Notes under the pieces: generated by a model | Databases searched by the model: none | What the model was told of the DNA's origin: nothing | Seen by the model: the letters and a program-made list of their open reading frames with translations, nothing else | Position numbers and translations under genes: made by a program | Shown: one piece after another, positions 39,401-50,600 of the stretch | Layout of the letters: each line of letters starts with the position of its first letter | Numbering within the stretch: the first letter of the stretch is position 1 | NCBI RefSeq assembly: GCF_002113885.1 | Contig: NW_018480077.1 | Coordinates: forward strand, 1,659,773 to 1,723,772 | Direction of reading: 5' to 3' | Length of the DNA: 64,000 bases | DNA from: Mizuhopecten yessoensis | Lineage: Eukaryota

Positions 39401-40786
39401 GCTGCACCAATGATGTAGCTCAACAGTACTGATACAGCTCTGAATTAATGCTGCACCAATGATGTAGCTCAACAGTACTGATACAGCTCTGACTTAATGC
39501 TGCACCAATGATGTAGCTCAACAGTAGTGATACAGCTGACTTAATGATGTAGGGCAACAGTACTGATACAGCTCTGACTTAATGATGTAGCTCAACAGTA
39601 CTGATACAGCTCTGACTTAATGCTGAACCAATGATGTAGCTCAACAGTATTGATACAGCTCTGACTTAATGCTGCACCAATGATGTAGCTCAGCAGTACT
39701 GATACAGCTGACTTAATGCTGCACCACTGATGTAGCTCAACATTACTGATACAGCTCTGACTTAATGCTGCACCACTGATGTAGCTCAACAATACTGATA
39801 CAGCTCTGACTTAATGCTGCACCACTGATGTAGCTCACCAGTACTGCTACACCTCTGACTTAATGCTGCACCACTGATGTAGCTCAACATTACTGATACA
39901 GCTCTGACTTAATGCTGCACCACTGATGTAGCTCAACAATACTGATACAGCTCTGACTTAATGCTGCACCAATGATGTAGCTCAACAGTACTGATACAGC
40001 TCTGACTTAATGCTTTACCACTGATGTAGCTCAACAATACAGATACAGCTCTGACTTAATGCTGCACCAATGATGTAGCTCAACATTACTGATACAGCTC
40101 TGACTTAGCTCAACAGTACTGATAAAGCTCTCACTTAATGCATCATTATTTCAGAGCTCCATCAGTACTGTTGAGTGTCATCAGTGGTGCAGCATTAAGA
40201 CAGCTGTATCAGTACTGCTGAGCTACATCGGTGGTGCAGCATTGAGTCAGAGGTGTATCAGTACTGTTGGGCTACATCGGTGGTGCAGCATTAAGTTAGA
40301 GCTCCATCATGGTTTAAGGGCTACATCAGGTAACTCAACAGTACTGATGTAGCTCTGACTTAATGCTCCACCAATGATGTAGCTCAACAGTACTGATACA
40401 GCTCTGACTTAATGCTGCACCACCGATGTAGCTCAACAGTACTGATACAGCTCTGACTTAATGCATCATTATTTCAGAGCTACATCAGTACTGTTGAGTT
40501 ACATCAGTGGTGCAGCATTAAGTTAGAGCTACATCATGATTTCAGAGCTACATCAGGTAACTCAACAGTACTGATGTAGCTCTGACTTAATGCTGCACCA
40601 AAGATGTAACTCAACAGTACTGATGTAGCTCTGACTTAATGATGTAGCTCACCACTGATGTAAATCAACAATACTGATACAGCTCCGACTTAGAGGAGGC
40701 TGACATCAGTGATGTAGCTCTGACTTTAGGCTGCATAACTGATGTAACTCAACAGTACTGATGTAGCTCTGACTTAGTGCTGCACT
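36497..40786. repeat. 49-bp satellite array (~4.3 kb) with homogeneous core and inverted segments
   Basis: Unit CTGATGTAGCTCAACAGTACTGATACAGCTCTGACTTAATGCTGCACCA; apparently identical units ~36600-39100; inverted blocks at ~40152-40328 and ~40473-40556. Confidence 0.97.
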
Positions 40787-41655
40787 TTTTTATTCAAAAG
40801 TTAGATTGTTACAAAATTTGTGAAAAATTGTAACAAAAGAGATATGTTTTCTGGCAGCAACATTTTTTCTTGCTATTAAACAGCAGGAGGGAGGGAGTGA
40901 CCTGGGGGCAACAAATTATTCATAATTTTGATAAAGTACCTGAGGACTTTTCAATTCATGAAGAGTATTTGATTCCAACATATTCTTAGTCCAAAGATGA
41001 AGATTGTTGAAACTTTAGACTATTTGACCTCGTTGGGTTAGATCACTTTAGTTCACATCTTGGTTTGCATTTGATCATGGAACCTTCCTGCAAACTTGCA
41101 TTGAAAACTGTTCAGTGGTTATGAAGAAGAAGTCAAAAATGTGAATTGTTTATGGATGCAATTACAATAGGTCACCTGCTTTCTCTTAGGTGACCTTAAA
41201 AGCTAAGTGAAATCTTGAGACAAATATAATGCTAAAATAAAGATATACAGAAAAATAGATATTTCAAAATAATAAATGAAAACATTTTATTCAAAAAATT
41301 AACTGAAAGAAAATTTCGAAAGAGAACCATTTACCAAAACACAAAAACAAGTCAAAATGTAAAAGTTTAGAGATGAGGAAGGGAAAATGATTGTAATCAG
41401 TCACCTGAGAAAACGCTCAGGTAACTTAATGAGTTTAATACATGTGTAGGCAAAACTGATTAGTTTATTGCAATAAGGAGTAACAGAAAACTTTCATTCA
41501 CATTGTCAACACATTAACATCCAAAGACAAAACTGAAATTCAAAAAAATATTCTCTCCCAGACATTTAATATATCACAATCATTGTATGACCACACAAGT
41601 AAATTCAACAGTATTTCAAACACACACAGATAATGCAATGATGCCATACTCGGTC

Positions 41656-44600
41656 TTAATTTCGTCTCCAGGAGAAATTTGCCACAGCCTCTTTACAAGC
41701 ATTGTTTATATCTGCATACTTGTATATGTATCCCTTCTCCTGCGTTCTGGCAGGTGACACATTTTGCCCTTCCAAAATGATCTTTGCCCTTTCTTGTCCA
41801 AACATTGTTTTCATGACAATCTCGTTTAAGAACCCTGGAAGCAGAGCAGGCCGGGACATGGACTTGGCTAGGGCTTCACTGAATTCCTGGTTTGTGACAG
41901 AGTGCGGGGATACTCCATTTAACACACCAGTGACAGAGTCCGTTATTATGCCATGATGAAATATTCCTGCCAGATCGTGGACATGTATCCATGGCAACCA
42001 TTGTGTTCCCTTTCCTATTTTTCCTCCCTGACAAAGGAAATAACTAGGATATAGTTGTTGGACCATTCCTCCATCTCCTGCAAGCACCACACCTGTAACA
42101 AAAATATAAACACATCAGCTCACATGTGTTGGTACACCATGAGAAGGAATAAAATAATTCACCAATATGTAGTATCATACCAATATTAACAAAATCATTA
42201 ATTTAAACCAGAATTTTAACAACTGAGCCATGTTCAAAGATAACCCTCATCTGATCATATTCTACTTTATACCTAATTGTTACATAATGGTATTTTTTAA
42301 CTTTTATCAACAGATGTATACAGGTACTACCACACTAGTTATCTCCCTTCGACCATGCATCATATCGTTGAGAACTAATTTGGTATGTATACTGTATAAC
42401 GGGAAATTTTCGTTGCAGTTTAAATTACATCTTTTTTGCGGTCTGTAATGAGGGCGAGTTACCTTTACAGCAGGCATTAGTCAACAACATTATCAACATA
42501 GTAATTAAATGTGACAGGCGAATTAACATTTGGCGAATTTGATTTCACAGGCGAAGAGCAAAAGTTTGAATGGGCAAAAATTTCCCGGTATTCAGTACCC
42601 TTATGTGGCCCAATGACAGGCTAATACAAGAATTTTATCTTGTATGTTGACCTAGTGCAGTCAGTGACTAGTCCAAAACCTCATCAACAAAGGACTCGTA
42701 CATAGTGCAGTCAGTGACTAGTCAAAACCCTCATCAACAAGGGACTCGTACATAGTGCAGTTAGTGACTAGTCCAAAACCTCATCAACAAGGGACTCGTG
42801 CATAGTGCAGTCAGTGACTAGTCCAAAACCTCACCAACAAGGGACTCGTACATAGTGCAGTCGGTGACTAGTCCAAAACCTCATCAACAAGGGACTCGTG
42901 CATAGTGCAGTCAGTGACTAGTCCAAAACCTCACCAACAAGGGACTCGTACATAGTGCAGTCGGTGACTAGTCCAAAACCTCATCAACAAGAGACTCGTA
43001 CATAGTGCAGTCAGTGACTAGTCCAAAACCTCACCAACAAGGGACTCGTACATAGTGCAGTCAGTGACTAGTCAAAACCCTCATCAACAAGGGACTCGTA
43101 CATAGTGCAGTCGGTGACTAGTCCAAAACCTCATCAACAAGAGACTCGTACATAGTGCAGTCAGTGACTAGTCCAAACCCTCATCAACAAGGGACTCGTA
43201 CATAGTGCAGTTAGTGACTAGTCCAAAACCTCATCAACAAAGGACTCGTACATACTGCAGTCAGTGACTAGTCCAAAACCTCATCAACACGGGACTCGTA
43301 CATAGTGCAGTCAGTGACTAGTCCTTATGTGGCCCAATGACAGGCTAATACAAGAATTTTATCTTGTATGTTGACCTAGTGCAGTCAGTGACTAGTCCAA
43401 AACCTCATCAACAAGGGACTCGTACATAGTGCAGTTAGTGACTAGTCCAAAACCTCACCAACAAGGGACTCGTACATAGTGCAGTCGGTGACTAGTCCAA
43501 AACCTCATCAACAAGGGACTCGTACATAGTGCAGTCGGTGACTAGTCCAAAACCTCATCAACAAGAGACTCGTACATAGTGCAGTCAGTGACTAGTCCAA
43601 ATCCTCATCAACAAGGGACTCGTACATAGTGCAGTGAGTGACTAGTCCAAAACCTCACCAACAAGGGACTCGTACATAGTGCAGTCGGTGACTAGTCCAA
43701 AACCTCATCAACAAGAGACTCGTACATAGTGCAGTCAGTGACTAGTCCAAAACCTCATCAACAAGGGACTCGTACATAGTGCAGTCAGTGACCAGTCCAA
43801 AACCTCATCAACAAGGGACTTGTACATAGTGCAGTCAGTGACTAGTCCAAAACCTCATCAACAAGGGCCTCGTACATAGTGCAGTCAGTGACTAGTCCAA
43901 ACCCTCATCAACAAGGGACTCGTACATAGTGCAGTCAGTGAATAGTACAAAACCTCATCACCAAGGGACTCGTACATAGTGCAGTCAGTGTCCAAAACCT
44001 CATCAACAAGGGACTCGTCCATAGTGCAGTCAGTGACCAGTCCAAAACCTCATCAAAAAGGGACTTGTACATAGTGCAGTCAGTGACTAGTCCAAAACCT
44101 CACCAACAAGGGACTCGTACATAGTGCAGTCAGTGACTAGTCCAAAACCTCATCAACAAGGGACTCGTACATAGTGCAGTCAGTGATTAATCCAAAACCT
44201 CATCAACAAGGGACTCGTACATAGTGCAGTCAGTGACTAGTCCAAAACCTCATCAACAAGGGACTCGTACATAGTGCAGTTAGTGACTAGTCCAAAACCT
44301 CTTCAACAAGGGACGTGTATAGACGATTCCTTACCAGATCGCACTATAAATTGTCGTGTTTTGACATCTTCAGGTAATTTGGCTGCAGCTTCCCAATCAA
44401 TGACGAGCTTAGAAAGGAAATCAAAATCTTGAACTGGGCTGTCCTCTGTGTAAACCTCAGTGGGGCTTGGCTTATACCCTGCTGCTCAGATGAAAGTGAA
44501 CAGTTCATTATTACAAAACACATACAATATAGACAGAGAGTAGAACTTGACAAACACATGAAAGTGAAAATGTTAAAAATAATATGTACTCCCAGTGTTC

Positions 44601-47600
44601 AATATTTTTCATAGAATATCACTAAACTGCATGACCAACATCTTGACATTTTTTTCCAATATTGCCTGCTGCTCAGATATAAGATAACAAGTTCTTACAA
44701 AACACATACACATGTAGACAAAGGGCTTGTTCGTTTATGTGGAACAACCGGTTTGACCGTTTATAAATGTACCAATTTCGGGTATAAATCCTGGCGGACC
44801 TGCAAATGTTTATGCAGGCCTTGCAAGGCTTTGTCAAGGCTCATCTGAAAGCAGCATCAGATTACTAGGTCCGAACTTATTTGATAAACGAACAACTATG
44901 GTCCGACCGGTTTGACCGTTTAAACGAAAACGGCCAAGGTTCTAAGAAATTAACAAACAGATGAAGTAAAAATCAAGTCATGTATTCCTACTGTTTAATA
45001 TTTTCCATATAATAATGCTTTATATAAACAATATTTTGACATTTTACCATTTAATAATTGAATCAAACCTAGAACTCTATATATATTTCATGTATCTAGG
45101 ATAAGTTTATCAATGGAATGTTTTCTTTAATTCCAAAGGGGCAAGGACAACACATCAGAATCTTACATTTTTCAGTAATTAAAATGATCAAAATCGTTAA
45201 GATTTGCCGTATTGTCCATATTCCGTTGGAATTCTTGTGCTTTTAGTGTAGGCTCTGTATGCCACATACTTCCACTGGAATAATCATCTGAATTGCACCA
45301 GAATTTCTACTAAAAGGGACATTGCTTTTCACTGTGAAATGATCATGATATATCTAAGGTCAAAATCAGCATTAGTGATCAGGCCTGTCAATTCACTGGA
45401 TACAGAGGCTAGAGTTGTTTGTATCGTAAATAAGTAGCATGACTTCGGTGATAGAAACATAACTTACAAACGCAAGTTTACACAACTTTGGTACAGATTT
45501 TTGAAATTTTAATCAACCAATAATGTATCGATCAATACAACCAAGATTTTTTCTATGACTTTTACGACCATCTTTTTTCTCTATTGAATGATAATCTTGA
45601 GCCTTCATTGCTGTTATTTTTTGTTTCCACGTAACTATTTTATAGGTTTTTTTTTGTTTTCTTTAATAAAAATACCTACCTCATTCTATACACAAAAATA
45701 AAACTATCTATCAAGATTTATAGTATAGTAACCTTGATACTGGAAATCCCAACCAGCAAAACTCACTTAAGAGACTTGAGGAGAAGCCAGATAAACACAA
45801 ACCCACTCTTGTGTCTGTAGAATGGAAACTCATGATATTCATACCCACTACCGAATCTGTTGACGGAAAGCCCCAGATATACTTACCAACACCAGAGATT
45901 GTTGCGAACACTTTAGGTGGATTTTTGGACTGTGAGATGTAGGAGACAAGCTTTTTGTTGCTTTCTATTCTGCTGGACCTGACTTTTTCCATAAAATCAG
46001 GTGTCCACCTGCAACAGTAACACCATGTCATCGTCAGATATAGAGAAGCTTGAATATTTGATGACAAAACAAGTTTTGATGTTTGACCTCTATTTGCAAC
46101 ATTTTACGTTTAATTGAAGTTAATGCAAGCTGTAAGTGTTATATTCCGAAGTGTTGATAGAACAGTATACCAGGAAATTGTTGCCAGTTTAATTTTCGTT
46201 ATTGCTCTCATTAAGGAAGTTTATGCAAGCTGTAAGTAATACATTCTGAAGTGTTGATACTGTATACCAGGAAATTGTTGCCACAGTTTAATTTTCGCTA
46301 TTGCCCTCATTAAGGAGGGTCACAAATTTATCATTACAGTGAACATTAATGAACAACAGTAATTAAATGTGAAGGGCAATTTCGTCTGGGCAACTATGGA
46401 TTTATGGCTAAGGGTGAAAGTTTGACTGGGCGAAAATTTCCCAATATACAGTATTCATGTATAAGTTTATGATATTGCATTTAATATGTATGTTGAGAAA
46501 CTGGACTTCCTGATAAGGTTATCACTGTAAGGGCCTATCTGACAGATTACTAGACTGCTATAACTTTGTACCTCTTCAATGGGTTGAGGATGTTTTCCCC
46601 AGCCACGTTCACCACAGCAGTTATGTCGTCCGGAATACCATGACGGTCTAGGTCACTCTGACAAATAGAAATTACACAACAATTTCTAATGTTGATTATT
46701 CAAATAATTGCAGCATTACTTGGTTGATGTTTTATGCATACTTATCTTTTATTTTAAACTGACTTCTAGGACATTGTTCTGAGGCTACCTTTTTTAACCC
46801 ATCAATACCCACCTGATCGGGCTTTCTGTTCCGTTTAAACATTATCTGGAAACAAACATCTTGACAATGTTTCACAAGAGTGTGCACAATACGTGGATAT
46901 TTACATACAACATTGTACTTAGACTCCTTTACCATTACATTATAATATTGATGCATAGCGTTGGTCGTAGGTCTCCTTTTCATTTACATGTACAATACAT
47001 TATTAGTCGAAAGTCCCCAATATTGTATAATCCATCAGCCCAACAATTGCAATCACATTGATGATATTCAAGGCTTTCATGTCAAATACGAGTTTTCATA
47101 CCAGGACAGAAAAAATGTGATACAGGAGTGAAACACATCTTGTATTCATGAGGAAACCATTCTATTTACGATCTGTTTATTACATTTTTCCAAAGTTACT
47201 TGAAACTGCCAGTGACATGTAAAAAACAACTGTATTGTCAGGACTTTTGTATGGAATCCCTTTTGAATGAAGGTCACACTTTATCCTAACTTTTCTACGG
47301 AGGTCAAACTTATCACAACTTTTGTATGGAGGTCACTCTTTATCATCCCTTTTGTATGGAGGTCACACTTTATCATCACTTTTGTTTGGATGTCACACTT
47401 TATCATCACTTTTGTATGGAGGTCACACATTATCATCACTTTTGTATGGAGGTCACACTTTATCATCCTTTTTGTATGGAGGTCACACTTTATCCTAACT
47501 TTTGTTTGGATGTCACACTTTATCATCACTTTTGTTTGGAGGTCACTCTTTATCATCACTTTTGTTTGGATGTCACACTTTATCATCACTTTTGTATGGA

Positions 47601-50600
47601 GGTCCCACTTTATCACAACTTTTGTATGGAGGTCACACTTTATCATCACTTTTGTATGGAGGTCACACTTCATCATCACTTTTGTTTGGAGGCCACACTT
47701 GATCTCAACTTTTGTATGGAGATCACACTTTCTCATCACTTTTCTACGGAGGTCAAACTTATCACAACTTTTGTATGGAGGTCACACTTTATCATCCCTT
47801 TTGTATGGAGGTCACACTTTATCATCACTTTTGTATGGAGGTCACACTTTATCATCCTTTTTGTATGGAGGTCACACTTTATCCTAACTTTTGTATGGAG
47901 GTCACACTTTATCATCACTTTTGTTTGGAGGTCACTCTTTATCATCACTTTTGTTTGGATGTCACACTTTATCATCACTTTTGTATGGAGGTCACACATT
48001 ATCATCACTTTTGTATGGAGGTCACACTTTATCTCAACTTTTGTTTGGATGTCACACTTTATCATCACTTTTGTATGGAGGTCACACTTTATCACAACTT
48101 TTGTATGGAGGTCAAACTTTATCATCACTTTTGTTTGGAGGTCACCCTTTATCATCACTTTTGTTTGGATGTCACACTTTATCATCACTTTTGTTTGGAG
48201 GTCACGCTTTATCATCACTTTTGTATGGAGGTCACACTTCATCATCACTTTTGTTTGGAGGCCACACTTTATCTCAACTTTTGTATGGGGATCACACTTT
48301 CTCATCACTTTTCTATGGAGGTCACACTTTATTAGAACTTTTGTATGGAGGTCACACTTTATCATCACTTTTGTATGGAGGTCACACTTTATCACAACTT
48401 TTGTATGGAGGTCACACTTTATTATCACTTTTGTATGGAGGTCACACTTTATCATCACTTTTGTTTGGAGGCCACACTTTATCTCAACTTTTGTATGGAG
48501 ATCACACTTTCTCATCACTTTTCTATGGAGGTCACACTTTATTAGAACTTTTGTATGGAGGTCACACTTTAACATCACTTTTGTATGGAGGTAACACTTT
48601 ATCATCACTTTTGTTTGGAGGTCACACTTTATCATCACTTTTGTTTGGAGGTCACACTTTATCCTAACTTTTTGTTTGGAGGTCACACTTTATCATCACT
48701 TTTGTTTGGAGGTCACACTTTATCATCACTTTTGTTTGGAGGTCACACTTAATCATCCCTTTTGTTTGGAAGTCACACTTTATAATCACTTTTGTTTGGA
48801 AGTCACACTTTATCATCACTTTTGTATGGAGGTCACACTATATCATCACTTTTGTTTGGATGTCACACTTTATCGTAACTTTTGTTTGGAAGTCACACTT
48901 TAACATCACTTTTGTATGGAGGTCACACTTTATCATCACTTTTGTATGGAGGTCACACTTTGACAGGAGTTTGGATACGAGGTCATAATTACTTTGCATT
49001 AGTAATGTGACATCACTATCAACATCATCACTAGTGAATTTATATCATACTTTAACCCTTTCACCTCTGTAGACCATAATAGACTCATCCAGATCAATGC
49101 ATGGTAGATTCTAATAAAGTTACACAGGGGTGAAAGGGTTAACACCTAATTCTTGTGAAGATATACTGATAATTCCTCATGTATATTTACCATTGAAGCT
49201 GTCCTGTTCTATCAGATAACGGCATTCATGATGGACGTTACATAATTTTAATCAACTTAATATGTATAGTGTTTTTACAAAAGGTCATTACCGTTTTATC
49301 AGTATGTAAGACAAACTTTTATAAACTAGCTTACACAATACAGTGGTCATGTTGTGCACTACTTACCCAGGTTTGTGTTGAACTACCAGGTTTCCTGGAC
49401 ACTGTGATCACTTTGTGCCCTTGTTCTAATAGAATTTTCCTCAAGTGATGACCCACCAGGCCAGTCCCACCTGCTGTTATCATGAAAAAGACACAAATTG
49501 TCAGTTAAGCTATGGAAATATCAAATATCTGTGAAAAAATAATAACCAGCATACTTAGGTTTTCATTGAGTGTCATTAGTTACAAAGAGAAACAAGCATT
49601 TTCAGATACACTTATTACACATGCTATATATAGCTTTCAGTGGGCAAAAGCAGTAGTCATATTCAATGAATATTCTTAAATTCAACAAGAGGCCCATATG
49701 GGCCTTAACGGTCACCAGAGTCCAACAGTATTTATTTTTGTTGTTGAAGTATGCACCAATTTGAGTACAAAATAGTTAAGTATAACGTCAACTTAAGTTT
49801 GTCAGGACCATGAGCTGATCCTTCCTAGACCGAGTTTCAGTTAAATCGGCGCATTAAAACTTGTTTTTTTAAGTTTGAAATATAGTGCACACTTTTTTAG
49901 GTAAATATTGTCATGTCAAAAAATGGCGGCTGTGGTTGCCATATTGGATTTCTGATCGACCCAAAAAATAACAACACTTTGTCAGGACCATGAGTCGATC
50001 ATTCCTACAAAGTTTCAGTTCCATCGGCCTAGCAGAACTTGACTCGAGTTTGAAATAGTTTTTCAAAATGGCAGGGAGATGTCAGTAACCTTCCCATGAA
50101 ATATTAATGAAATCCCTTTGCTAGTATTTCAGCTTAAATTGAAAATGTAAAATGTTAACGGACGACGACGGACGAAGACGGATAGCAATAGGTCACTTGA
50201 GCTAAAGCTCAGGTGGCCTAAATCCAAATGAGTCAGGATTTCATCCTACCTTATGGTAATTTTCATACATTATTAATCAACAAGCAATCGTAAAATTTAA
50301 GAAGTCATATCTTTCTGTAAAACACAAATCAAGCTAACAAAGCGCTGCTAAATTTTACCATCACTTTATGAATGACTGGAATGTTAAAACTTATACATAT
50401 AGTACATGTATTACACCTGAAACATTAATAATAATAGTTTGAGGTTCTTATATACCGCTTTATCACAACCTAGTTCGAAGCTCGTCTCAAAGCAGTTCAC
50501 AAATTATAATCCGTGGTTATAGGGCCTTTGCAACCAGCCAATATCTTTCTCAACTCCCTGGGGAGCATACAGCCGGTGCTGCCATTTTGGCGCTCACAGC

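Noticed and set aside
36497-44314. Regular arrays as possible CRISPR or tandem snoRNA clusters (many CTGA / TGATG motifs)
   Set aside because: Head-to-tail units without unique spacers, eukaryotic context, no cas genes, and no RTGATGA C box or recognisable guide.
47267-48903. Long ORFs (up to 422 aa) with 10-aa periodicity on both strands
   Set aside because: Translations of a 30-bp intronic minisatellite with no unique flanking coding sequence.
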